A stretch of DNA of 63,968 nt, the filler included, from an uncultured bacterium (lineage in GTDB: Bacteria > CAZSTA01), in NCBI GenBank assembly GCA_964609495.1. It is 3 parts of 3 records of this genome, joined end to end, with 100 filler letters (N's around TTAATTAATTAA, not from the genome) between each part and the next. Parts side by side here need not be neighbours in the genome. Positions count along the whole stretch, not along the records: positions 1 to 24,996 come from CAZSTA010000033.1; positions 25,097 to 49,030 come from CAZSTA010000034.1; 1 more part is not named here. One strand, written 5' to 3'. Below are positions 20,276-30,294 of the stretch, piece by piece. A program made the translations under genes and the position numbers. Every line of letters begins with the position of its first letter. Position 1 is the first letter of the stretch. Under the pieces are notes generated by a model that saw only the letters and a list, made by a program, of their open reading frames with translations, did not search any database and was not told where the DNA came from.

Positions 20276-20965
20276 TTATCCCTTAGTCTCCTCTAACAGC
20301 TCCTTAACTTTCTTCTCTATCCCCTCTAAGATTATCTTAACTATCTTCTCTCCCAGCTCAGGGGAAGCACTAATTCTGGGATCCTCTCCCCCTACTCCTT
20401 CGAGTTTCTCATTAAGATCGGGGCTCAACCGAGACATATCGACCAACTCTGGTCGTAAATACATTAAGATCGAGGTCTCCCACTTGGCCGCATGATCACC
20501 TCGATAGTTCAACTCAGGAGGGACATCCTCGGGGACTACCTCATATTCGGCAAAGACCCACACCTTAGTAGGGCTAATAGAGGAGAAATGAGAAGCTGTC
20601 TCCTTAAGAGCTGCAAGATGCTTCCATCCGTAGTGCCCCGTTAGAACTACGATGACCCGAAAGCCTTCAAAGGAAAGTTGACCTAAGAACTCCGTTAGGA
20701 CTTGCTGGACGGTCTCCTTTCTAAATTCTAAAGTTCTCCTAAAGCCATAGAGCTGCATCGTCTGATATCCCATCCAGATCGTAGGAAGAACGACTCCTCC
20801 TGTTCGCTCCGCCGCTTTATAGCAGATAGCTTCGGCTTTCAATCCATCATTTCCGATAGCTAAATGTTTACCGTGCCATTCCAGCGCTCCCCAAGGGATA
20901 TAAGCAACGGGGGTCTCCTTCAAGACTTTATCGATCATATAGGGCTGCATATCTTGGTATTTCAT
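20276..20965 (-). CDS. Creatininase-family amidohydrolase
   Basis: GALEWHGKHL..D; GH; DHAAKWETS. Confidence 0.9.
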   Translation of the reverse strand: MKYQDMQPYMIDKVLKETPVAYIPWGALEWHGKHLAIGNDGLKAEAICYKAAERTGGVVLPTIWMGYQTMQLYGFRRTLEFRKETVQQVLTEFLGQLSFEGFRVIVVLTGHYGWKHLAALKETASHFSSISPTKVWVFAEYEVVPEDVPPELNYRGDHAAKWETSILMYLRPELVDMSRLSPDLNEKLEGVGGEDPRISASPELGEKIVKIILEGIEKKVKELLEETKG

Positions 20966-21069
20966 TTAGTATTATCCTTTCTTTCCGAGTAATCGTCAAC
21001 AATTTTCTTATAGATCAAATACTATCTAAGAATTAAAAGAGGGTAGATACATTCTAGTATCCACCCCAA

Positions 21070-21276
21070 TTATCCTACATGTTGATGAGTTATAATCAAT
21101 TCTGCTCCGCTCAAGTTAGCCTCGCTTACGGCCGCTTCAGAAGCTTTTAGAGATATAATAATCCTATTTATCTCCCTGTTAGCACAACCGGTCTGAAAGC
21201 CGGTATTATCCCCTTCCGTAACATAGCTAGGAGGAACTAGAGCTTCTAATACACCACCCTTGATCTTCACAGACAA
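21070..21276 (-). pseudogene. Truncated Nif3-like (YbgI/YqfO) N-terminal fragment
   Basis: LEALVP..GDNTGFQTG..INRIIISL..GAELIITH, then a stop. Confidence 0.7.
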
Positions 21277-21297
21277 TTATATCACCCGTAAATAGTT

Positions 21298-22194
21298 TTA
21301 GCCTTTTAATCCAGTTATCACAATACCTTGGATAAAGTATCTCTGAGCAAAGAAGAAGACTATCAGGCAAGGCATCATAACCACTAAACTGACAGCCATA
21401 AGCATATTCCAATATACCCCTCCCTGCGATCTAAATATCATTAGTCCTAGAGATAAAGTGAACTTAGCACTTCTATTCAAATAGATCAATGGCCCTATGA
21501 AATTATTCCAGTTCCACAGGAAGGAGAAGATAGCCACCGCCGCCACCCCTGGTTTAATCAAAGGTAATATCACCCTCAGATAGATCATAAAGTTACTACA
21601 TCCATCTATCCTTGCCGCATCATCCAACTCTATCGGGACGGTCATAATCAACTGCCTGAGTAGGAATACGAAGAAAGCGCCACCTCCGAAGAAGGCTGGG
21701 ATGATAAAGGGAAGATATGTATTTATCCAACCGAAGTATTTGAAGAGAATAAACTGTGGGATCATCGTTACCTGATAGGGCAACATCATCGTTCCCAAAA
21801 GCATCATAAAGAATACATCTCGACCCGGCCAGCGCAGACGAGCGAAGGAAAAGGCAACTAGGGGGGCGCTAACAATCACCCCCAGCACTGCTCCTCCGGT
21901 CATTTTGACGGTATTCCAGAAGAACAGGTTGAAATTGTAGTATTCGGTCCAGCCCTCGACATAGTTTTCCCAAACTATAGGATTGGGGATCCACTTGGGA
22001 GGATAATCAAAGACCTGTTCGCTGACCTTCAAAGAAGTAGATACCATCCAGAAGAAGGGGGAGAGAAAAACAAGAGCTCCGGTAATTACAATTACATATA
22101 AGAGAATCCTTAAAATCACCATCTGAGCCTTGAATATCTTCCCTCTTCTTATATCCCTTTTTATATTTCTCGCTCTTATCTCACCTGTAGTCAC
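21298..22194 (-). CDS. Carbohydrate ABC permease (MalG-type)
   Basis: ELDDAARIDG. Confidence 0.92.
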   Translation of the reverse strand: MTTGEIRARNIKRDIRRGKIFKAQMVILRILLYVIVITGALVFLSPFFWMVSTSLKVSEQVFDYPPKWIPNPIVWENYVEGWTEYYNFNLFFWNTVKMTGGAVLGVIVSAPLVAFSFARLRWPGRDVFFMMLLGTMMLPYQVTMIPQFILFKYFGWINTYLPFIIPAFFGGGAFFVFLLRQLIMTVPIELDDAARIDGCSNFMIYLRVILPLIKPGVAAVAIFSFLWNWNNFIGPLIYLNRSAKFTLSLGLMIFRSQGGVYWNMLMAVSLVVMMPCLIVFFFAQRYFIQGIVITGLKG

Positions 22195-22201
22195 CTCTAA
22201 T

Positions 22202-23113
22202 TTACCTCCCTCTGACCGCTCCTGAGTAATATACCCATCTAGACGAACTCTTGAAGATGAGAATCGTCAACCCCATGATTATGAGGAACATAATCCACGC
22301 CATCGCCGAGGCGGAGCCCATCTGCAGGAAGCTGAAAGCTTTTTGATATAGATACAAGGCATAAAGGAGAGTGCTATTAAGAGGACCTCCCCCGGTCATA
22401 ATGAAGGGTTGAGTGAATACCTGCAGGGCATTGATCATTCCCATAATAAGATTGAAGAATATAACCGGTCTCATCATAGGTATAGTTATATGGTTAAATT
22501 GACTCCAGAGTCCAGCCCCATCGATCTTTGCCGCCTCGTATAGCTCGGTAGGAATCCCTTGCAAGCCAGCTAAGTAGATCACCATACCGCCTCCTGCTCC
22601 CCAGGTGCTCATCAGGATAAGGGATGGCTTCGACCACTTCGGATCTTGTAACCATAATGGTCCCATTACCCCTATCTTCTCTAGCAAAATGTTGATCAAC
22701 CCCATCGAAGGATCTAAAACCCAAACCCATAGAATAGCAACTGCGACTCCAGAGATAACCGCGGGCAGATAATAGATCGTCCTAAATAGAGACATCGCCA
22801 ATATTTTTTGATTGAGGAGCATAGCGATCGTTAAACCGATTATTATTCCCAGGGGCACCGCGAAGATGGTGTAATACAGACTATTATATAGGGATGTCCA
22901 AAACAGTTGATCTTGAAATAGATTTATATAATTTTTCACTCCTACCCAATAGAATTCGCTGTATATGTCATAACGGAAGAAACTTATCACCAAAGAGGCA
23001 AGGATGGGACCGAGGCTGAAGAAGAGAAAGCCCAATAGCCAAGGAGAAGCAAATAGAAATCCATCTATAGCCTCTCGACGAGCCATCCTGCTCATCTTAT
23101 ACCGCTTAGCCAA
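22202..23113 (-). CDS. Carbohydrate ABC permease (MalF-type)
   Basis: LAGLQGIPTELYEAAKIDGA. Confidence 0.92.
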   Translation of the reverse strand: MAKRYKMSRMARREAIDGFLFASPWLLGFLFFSLGPILASLVISFFRYDIYSEFYWVGVKNYINLFQDQLFWTSLYNSLYYTIFAVPLGIIIGLTIAMLLNQKILAMSLFRTIYYLPAVISGVAVAILWVWVLDPSMGLINILLEKIGVMGPLWLQDPKWSKPSLILMSTWGAGGGMVIYLAGLQGIPTELYEAAKIDGAGLWSQFNHITIPMMRPVIFFNLIMGMINALQVFTQPFIMTGGGPLNSTLLYALYLYQKAFSFLQMGSASAMAWIMFLIIMGLTILIFKSSSRWVYYSGAVRGR

Positions 23114-23120
23114 TTTGCTT

Positions 23121-23336
23121 ATCCTCCTTTAGAAATCGAAGATGAAAATCAAGTGGTCGTCGGGTTGAAAAACCCACGAACCCAAATGATACAAACACAC
23201 ATAGGGGAGAAATTTTAAACCATACACAAAAAATGGATACAAAAACCCAGAAGGAGTAATAGNNNNNNNNNNATCCTCCTTTAGATATCGAAGATTAAAA
23301 TCATGTGGTCGTGGGTTTTTCAACCCGACGACCACT
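23121..23336. repeat. Duplicated REP-like hairpin flanking a 10-N gap
   Basis: ATCCTCCTTTAGA..GTGGTCGT(C)GGGTT..AACCC present twice. Confidence 0.5.
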
Positions 23337-23343
23337 ATTGATC

Positions 23344-24621
23344 CTACCACTCTTCGGGAAGAATTTTGACCCATTCCTCATAGACTGTATCCAAAGCCGC
23401 TTCAGGAGTCTTCTCTCCCGCGATAGCTAGATCGATCTGATCTCCTAATATTCTGTTCAACACCTCGAAGTCAGGATAGATCACATTGGGACGTCCGTAA
23501 TCCCCCATAATCTGGGCGAACTTCTGCATAAAGGGAGCGTCCTCAGTCATATACTTTCCATCCATAAGGGACTTACGAGGAGGAACCGAGTTAATGGACT
23601 TGGCGATCTCCTCCACGATCTCCTTGCTAGCCATAAACTTGATGAGTTCCCAAGCCTCATCAGGATACTTACTCTGAGAGGATAGCGCAAGCCAGTTGGT
23701 GTAAGTAGAAGCCACTCTCTTGCCAGTCGCCTCATCCTTCATTATGGGCAAAGCTACCCCTAAATCGTCCATCTCATCGGGCTTGTTGATCATCAATTCG
23801 AAGGGGAACCAACCGTTAGTGCCCATCGAGACCTGATCAGCAGCAAAGGCCGGAATAGTCCCAGCAGTTATAGGAGCAGTTCCAACAGGATAGACAGCTT
23901 GATATAACTCTACCATATAACTGAGAGACTCTGCTGCCTCGGGGGAGTTAATAATGACGTTCTTGTCCTCATCGAAGTAATCTCCTTCAGCCTGCCAAGT
24001 GAAGGTCATAAACTCTTGAACTCCCGCTAATCCTTTGAGTCGAGCGACATCATAGCCCGCTCGCATTGTTCTTCTACCCTTTTGGATCGTTAGCTTCTTA
24101 GCAGCTTCTAATTGCTCAGCCCAGTTATTGGGCGGAGCATCGGGATCAAGACCGACCTCCTCAAAGTGGGATATTCTATAGTTTAGGGTTCTGACCTGGG
24201 TGTAGATAGGAAGCCCATAGTAATGCCCTTCCCAGCGCGAGGTATGGAAGGCCGCATCGAAGAAATCGTCTAACTCAGGATAATCCTTTAGATAATCATC
24301 GATCCCGTAAAGCTCCTTCTTATTCACCATCTCCAGAATATGCTCCGAGCCACCCTCGAAGACGTCAGGGGCTATACCTGCAGAATAGGCAGCCGCTAGC
24401 TTCTGAGCACGTTGCTCGCCCCATCCCATACCTTGATACTCAACTTTGACATTGGGATGTTCCTTCTCGAAGTCGGGGACCGCAATCTCGTTAAAGAACT
24501 TCGTGGACTCTGGAGTATAACTTGACATCCAGAACTGCAAACTTATCTTCTCTTGAGCAGAAGATGTAACAGCAAAGATCAAACCTAAAACCAAAACAGC
24601 CACTAAAACAACTCTCTTCAT
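23344..24621 (-). CDS. Sugar ABC substrate-binding protein
   Basis: Signal peptide; FEKEHPNVKV; PPNNW. Confidence 0.92.
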   Translation of the reverse strand: MKRVVLVAVLVLGLIFAVTSSAQEKISLQFWMSSYTPESTKFFNEIAVPDFEKEHPNVKVEYQGMGWGEQRAQKLAAAYSAGIAPDVFEGGSEHILEMVNKKELYGIDDYLKDYPELDDFFDAAFHTSRWEGHYYGLPIYTQVRTLNYRISHFEEVGLDPDAPPNNWAEQLEAAKKLTIQKGRRTMRAGYDVARLKGLAGVQEFMTFTWQAEGDYFDEDKNVIINSPEAAESLSYMVELYQAVYPVGTAPITAGTIPAFAADQVSMGTNGWFPFELMINKPDEMDDLGVALPIMKDEATGKRVASTYTNWLALSSQSKYPDEAWELIKFMASKEIVEEIAKSINSVPPRKSLMDGKYMTEDAPFMQKFAQIMGDYGRPNVIYPDFEVLNRILGDQIDLAIAGEKTPEAALDTVYEEWVKILPEEW

Positions 24622-24732
24622 CTTTACTTCTCCTTTCTAGTTTGTTGTTTTTTAAAATCGCTTAATTCACCTAAAGCGTTAATTTATAATCCCCAATTAT
24701 CCGCTTTTTCCTTCACCATCTTCCCTCTTAAA

Positions 24733-24809
24733 TGGTGGGCGAAACAGGACTCGAACCTGTGACCTCATGCTTGTAAGGCATGCGCTCTAGCCAACTGAGC
24801 TATTCGCCC
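24733..24809 (-). tRNA. tRNA-Val(TAC)
   Basis: Cloverleaf; CATGC-CT-TAC-AA-GCATG anticodon arm; GTTCGAG; encoded CCA. Confidence 0.96.
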
Positions 24810-24820
24810 GTAGATGAGAA

Positions 24821-24897
24821 TGGTGGGCCCACTAGGACTCGAACCTAGGACCGTCCGGTTATGAGCCGGATGCTCTGACCAACTGAGCTATGGGCCC
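24821..24897 (-). tRNA. tRNA with CAT anticodon, probably Ile2 (lysidine)
   Basis: GGGCCCA acceptor; TCCGG-CT-CAT-AA-CCGGA; paired G1-C72 and no triple-GC anticodon stem, so not the initiator. Confidence 0.9.
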
Positions 24898-24996
24898 CTT
24901 GTAAGACAGAGAAATTATTGTGGAGATCAAACTATATTTCTCGATGCATATAAAATTAGGGACTCGGAAAACATTGGATATCACTCCCAACTCCTC

Positions 24997-25096
24997 NNNN
25001 NNNNNNNNNNNNNNNNNNNNNNNNNNNNNNNNNNNNNNNNTTAATTAATTAANNNNNNNNNNNNNNNNNNNNNNNNNNNNNNNNNNNNNNNNNNNN
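24997..25096. other. Artificial contig-joining linker
   Basis: N44-TTAATTAATTAA-N44 (stops in all six frames). Confidence 0.97.
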
Positions 25097-25358
25097 TGAG
25101 CTCACTTTCAGGAATCACGAAATCGTCGCCCCACTCTATATAGACCGGCTCGATAAGTTCTGCGTCGGGGGAGAGATTTTTCTCTATATTCTCTACAAAC
25201 ATATCAAATTGCTTCTTGCCTCTTTGCCTATCGGCTTCTGGCGTCAAGTTCTCTTTCTCCCCAACTCGGCATGGCCCCTCATACGAAGCGCTGTGGATAA
25301 GTTGGGATAATACAGGCTTGATGTTCACCTTCACGTCAATTGGCTTTACCCTGTTCAT
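25097..25358 (-). CDS. N-terminal part of a putative sugar (fucose-type) isomerase-like protein, cut by the contig end
   Basis: KPV..HS..YEGPCR N-terminus; GGAGGT RBS. Confidence 0.5.
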
Positions 25359-25429
25359 ACTTACTACCTCCTTGATGTTTTTTGTTGACTATATGAGACC
25401 AATAGACCTCCATACTGAGCATTTTAAAT

Positions 25430-25798
25430 CTTCCCTATTTTGGTTCTTGCCGAATTAATAAGGTTATCAAAGAATCTTGTTAATTATAACCCTCCCCCTA
25501 ACCCCCCTCCCATCGAGGGAGGGGGGAATAAAGAGCTTTAGCTCAATCTCAGTGTTCCCTCTCCCCTCGTGGGAGAGGGATAGGAAGAGGGGGGAATTAG
25601 TCTTTAACTCCCTAACGAAGAACCAAGAATATGATACCCCTGATTATAAGTTCAAAAACCAAATTAAGGGCAATTCCAAATAACTATATTATATCAGATG
25701 TGGGGTAGTTGTCAAGCTCTTAGTAAGGGAAGTTCAAAACCTAATCTGCTCTCGAACATCTCCGACAAAATAGTCAAAAACTTCTCTGAAATTACTTA
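25430..25798. repeat. MITE/REP-like element copy; left end uncertain
   Basis: Matches 7620-7780 (reverse) and 7897-7952; ends CTGAAATTACTTA. Confidence 0.75.
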
Positions 25799-25958
25799 AT
25801 CTATTCTCAGCCCGAAGTTCTACATGCTTCCAATTAATCTTAAATACTTGTATTTACGCTTTAATTCGGATATAATATAAAGAGCAATTATATATCTATA
25901 ACGAAAATTTGCCCAAAAAGGAAGGCAATAATCATTCTCTATGAGATTTTTTTAGTAA

Positions 25959-27257
25959 ATGGAGGTATCTGCTATGACTGATCAAACGCAAGCATCTCTA
26001 GCTCAACAAAGGATTGAAGCTGATAAACTTGTAATAGAGGCAAAGGATCGAGAAATATTGCGGCGCCTAGCTGGTCGGGTTGCTGAATTGGCAATACGAC
26101 CTATCGAAGATGAGAGACGAAAACTCTGGTATCAGCACAATGCGTTGGGGGCTACTCGTCCCCTCATTTTTTGTGACCCCGAGAACGGTTGGAACGAGAT
26201 TATCACCAAAGACCACTTGCAATGCAGGGGAGAACTAGCCCGAGAATGGGAAATGACCTTACGCAAGGAAATATTTTGGGGGAAATCGATGGGTGATGAC
26301 CGAGTAACTGAGCCACATTTCGACATCCCTTATGTATATGTCGAAAGCGATTGGGGAATGCACGAAACGATAATTGGTGGGGAGAACGGTGGCTCTTATG
26401 TTTGGGATGCACCCCTAAAATCTTACGATGACCTCGGCAAACTACATTATCCCCAGATTTTCGTGGATTATGAAGCGACCAATAAACTTCTCTCACTAGC
26501 AGAAAGGATCTTGGGTGACTTGTTAACGGTGCGACTCAAAGGGAAATGGTGGTGGACTCTCGGTATGACCTGGACATTAGTTAACCTTCGTGGTCTTGAA
26601 CAGATCTTTTTTGATATGCATGACTATCCGAATGAGCTCCATCAACTGATGAGTGTTCTGCGCGACGGGACCCTGGCCAAACTTGACTTCCTCGAAGAAA
26701 ACGGCCTGTTGAGTTTGAATGACGATGGAACGTATGTAGGCTCAGGAGGATTTGGTTATACCCGGGAACTGCCTCAGGAAGATTTTGATGGCAAAACAGT
26801 TCGCACCCAAGATATGTGGGGATTCTGCGAAAGTCAAGAAACCTCTACGGTTTCACCAGATATGTTTGCCGAGTTTGTTTTTCCATATCAATTGCCCATT
26901 CTCGGACGGTTTGGGTTGAACTGTTACGGCTGTTGTGAGCCATTAGATAAACGTTGGTACGTAGTGAAGAACATACCTCGACTTAGGCGGGTTTCCGTCT
27001 CCCCTTGGTCCGATTTAGCTGATATGGCTGATAATCTCGGCGATCAGTATATCTATTCGATGAAGCCAACTCCCACCGACTTGGCTATACCGTCTTTGAA
27101 CGAGGAGCACGTCCGCGCTAAACTGCGCAGAGCTTTGCAAATCACTCGTAATTGCCGGGTCGAGATAATAATGAAGGACAATCATACGATCGGCAACAAT
27201 CCCCAGAATGTAATCCGTTGGTGCCAAATTGCTCGTGAAGAAGTCGAGGCAATCTAA
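25959..27257 (+). CDS. Uroporphyrinogen decarboxylase-like TIM-barrel protein
   Basis: VSPDMFAEFVFPYQ; YGCCEPL; VSVSPW. Confidence 0.7.
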   Translation: MEVSAMTDQTQASLAQQRIEADKLVIEAKDREILRRLAGRVAELAIRPIEDERRKLWYQHNALGATRPLIFCDPENGWNEIITKDHLQCRGELAREWEMTLRKEIFWGKSMGDDRVTEPHFDIPYVYVESDWGMHETIIGGENGGSYVWDAPLKSYDDLGKLHYPQIFVDYEATNKLLSLAERILGDLLTVRLKGKWWWTLGMTWTLVNLRGLEQIFFDMHDYPNELHQLMSVLRDGTLAKLDFLEENGLLSLNDDGTYVGSGGFGYTRELPQEDFDGKTVRTQDMWGFCESQETSTVSPDMFAEFVFPYQLPILGRFGLNCYGCCEPLDKRWYVVKNIPRLRRVSVSPWSDLADMADNLGDQYIYSMKPTPTDLAIPSLNEEHVRAKLRRALQITRNCRVEIIMKDNHTIGNNPQNVIRWCQIAREEVEAI

Positions 27258-27347
27258 GTGCATTTGTAACCTCATTTCCCCCTATAGAATGTGATATCGA
27301 AGGGTATGTATTGAGGCAAGATTACCCCTTTTTATCCACAAAGTGAG

Positions 27348-27379
27348 GGGGCTGGCAGGTCAGAAGACCCGCCAGCCCC
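27348..27379. terminator. Hairpin between convergent genes
   Basis: GGGGCTGGCAGGTC-AGAA-GACCCGCCAGCCCC. Confidence 0.65.
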
Positions 27380-27412
27380 TGAATAGACTCATTTCCGTTA
27401 TTGGAATTATAA

Positions 27413-30145
27413 TTAGGGTCTGAAGCTGGCTGTTCTGAACTTCTTCAAATAATCAGGTGATCTAGCAGGCTCTATGCGCACTGCGCAGAACTTGTATTCG
27501 GGGATCTTGGCTATGGGATCTAAGGCAGGATTAGTCAAGATATTAGCGGCAGCATCAGCGAAGTGGAAGGTCATAAAGACTACCCCCGCCTTTGGTCTAT
27601 CAGTTACCTCTGCCCTAGCTATGATACGTCCTCGTCGAGAGGTAACTCTCACTAGATCACCATCGGATATATTGTATCGCTTAGCATCAGCAGGGTTAAG
27701 CTCGACCAATCCCTCGGGATAGATCGCATCAATAGCTGATCTCCCCGTCATCGTTCTGGTGTGGAACTGATATAAAACTCGACCAGTGGTGAAGACAAGG
27801 GGGAATTCCTCATCCGGCTCCTCGGCTGGAGATATGTAATCCACCGCACTGAACTTGCCCAGTCCTCTGCTGAATTCCCCCTGGTGCAAGATTTTAGTGC
27901 CTGGATGATCGACATCTGGACATGGCCATTGAAGCCCCTTCTTATCTAAACGGTTATAGCGAATCCCACCATAGATCGGGGTGAGCGAAGCTATTTCATT
28001 CATAATCTCCGCTGGAGAATCATAGTGCATAGGATAACCCATTCTAGTCGCTAGATCGCATACGATCTTCCAATCATCCCGCGTCTCTCCGGGTAATTCG
28101 ATAGCCTTACGCACCCGCTGGATGCGTCTCTCGGTATTAGTGAAAGTTCCGTCCTTCTCAGCGAAGGATCGACCAGGCAACACTACATCTGCCAATTTAG
28201 CGGTCTCCGTGAGGAATATATCTTGAACGACCAGAAAGTCGAGCTTCTCCAAGCTCTCCCTAACATGATTTATATCAGGATCGCTTACCATCGGGTTTTC
28301 GCCGACGATGAACATCCCCTTTATCTTCCCCTCCCCAGCCGCATTTACCATCTCGACGATTGTTAATCCTGGCTCAGAGGGTAAAGGAACTCCCCAGGCC
28401 TCCTCAAATTTTCTGCGTATTACATCATCAGTAACCTTTTGATACCCAGAGAAGACATTCGGCAATCCTCCCACATCACATGCGCCTTGGACATTGTTCT
28501 GACCGCGTAAGGGATTGACTCCTCCTCCCTCGAGGCCCATATTGCCCAAGAGCATCTGAAGATTAGCACAGGAGAGGACGTTCTGATGTCCATAAGTATG
28601 TTGAGTGATCCCCATCGCATAGAGAAGAGAACTCGGTCGATTATTCCCCAATATCTTCGCCGCTTCCACGATATCACGGGCGGGAACACCGGTGATCTTC
28701 TCCACATATTCCGGATTGTATCTCTCAATGGTAGCTCTGAACTCCTCAAATCCCTCGGTTCGAGTTTCAACGAACTCCTTATCCCATAGATCAAGAGATA
28801 AGATCACGTTCATCAGACCGTTGAGAAGAGCTATATCAGTGCCTGGTTTCTGTTTAAGATGGATAGTGGCGAATTTGCTCAACTCGATAGAGCGAGGATC
28901 AGCTAGAACGAGCTTTACCCCTCTCAGAACCGCCTGCTTTATCAACATCCCAATGACTGGATGCTGTTCAGTAGTATTACTGCCGATGATGAAATAGGAT
29001 CTAGCTTTAGTGGCAATATCCTCAATTGAATTCGTCATCGCTCCGCTACCAAATGCTGTGACCAGACCGGTCACTGTAGGAGAGTGTCAGAGGTGAGCGC
29101 AGTGATCTATGTTATTAGTCCCGATCACTGCCCGCGAGAACTTCTGAACTAAGTAGTTCTCCTCATTGGTGCACTTAGCGGAGGTGAATACACCAAAGGC
29201 ATCGCTACCCTCCTTCTCCTTGATCTCGTTGAATTTGCTCGCAACTAGATCCAGAGCCTCATCCCAGCTAGCCTCTACAAACTCGCCCTCCTTCTTAATA
29301 AGCGGTTCGGTAAGGCGATCGGGACTATGCACGAAGTCCCATCCGAAGCGTCCCTTCACACATAAGAAGCCCTTATTAGCGGGAGCGTCCCAGTTGGAGG
29401 TAACTTTGACTATCTTATTATCCTTGACGTTGAGATCGAAGGAACACCCCACGCCACAATAGGAGCAGGTAGTGGTGATCTTCTTAAGCTCCCAAACTCT
29501 TCCCTTTCCAACAGCTCTCTTTTCAGTAAGCGCACCTACCGGACAGACAGCTATACACAACCCACAAAATACACAAGGGGATTCTTTTAAATCCCCATCA
29601 AAAGCTGTCCCCACCTTAGAGGTGAATCCTCTATTGATAATCCCTATCGCATCTCGGATCTGAAGCTCTTGACAGGCGCGCACGCAACGACGACAGAGAA
29701 TGCACTTGTTATAATCCCGCTCGATAAAGGGATTAGCATCATCTATGGGATAGTGATGCATCTCTCCCCTAAACTCAGTGTCCTTTATCTCATATTTATA
29801 AGCTAAATCCTGCAGAACACAATTCCCATTTTGCTCACAGGTCAAACAATCGAGCGGGTGATCGGACAAGAGTAGTTCTAGGACAAACCTTCTCGCCCTT
29901 ATCACCCTCTCAGAATCGGTCCAGACCTCCATCCCTTCGCTGACCGGAAAACTACAAGCTGGCTGTAAGACCCGCTGTTTAGCTACCTCTACCAAGCAGA
30001 TACGGCAAGCTCCTTCTGGCTTAAGAGCAGGATGATAGCAGAGAGTAGGAATATCAATCCCAATACTTTGAGCCGCCTCCAAGATAGTGCTTCCCGCTTC
30101 CGCTTGCACCTCCCTATCATTTATCTTCAGATTTACCATTGGCAT
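27413..30145 (-). CDS. fdhA: Selenocysteine-containing formate dehydrogenase alpha subunit (910 aa; joins two ORF-track entries)
   Basis: N-terminal NuoG-like FeS domains; [15 protein letters not shown](TGA 29087-29089)-HSPTVTGL in frame; RGQNNVQG. Confidence 0.93.
29058..29089 (-). promoter_or_regulatory. Sec UGA codon plus bacterial SECIS hairpin
   Basis: GTGACC-GGTCT-GGTCAC starting 12 nt after the UGA; loop resembles the E. coli fdhF SECIS. Confidence 0.85.
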
Positions 30146-30294
30146 TGCTCATCCCCCTAACTTACCTATTATTTTCTTCTCCTTCGCAAAAGCCAAGTAA
30201 TATCATAAACATTGCTCTTCCCACAGCTCTCTTCTCCAACCTGACTTACTATTCTATCTATATACTATAACATAATAAGGGGACAACTATCCAT

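Noticed and set aside
23121-23336. Duplicated hairpin with a flipped core as an invertible switch
   Set aside because: Straddles a 10-N scaffold gap, so a scaffolding artefact is more likely; no recombinase nearby
24733-24897. tRNAs as integration sites for the phage genes
   Set aside because: No duplicated tRNA 3' end or integrase seen, and the head module is on another contig
27332-27340. DnaA box TTATCCACA suggesting oriC
   Set aside because: Single box, no cluster, and no dnaA/dnaN context
29087-29089. Nonsense mutation making fdhA a pseudogene
   Set aside because: The TGA sits at the Sec/Cys ligand position and is followed by a SECIS hairpin
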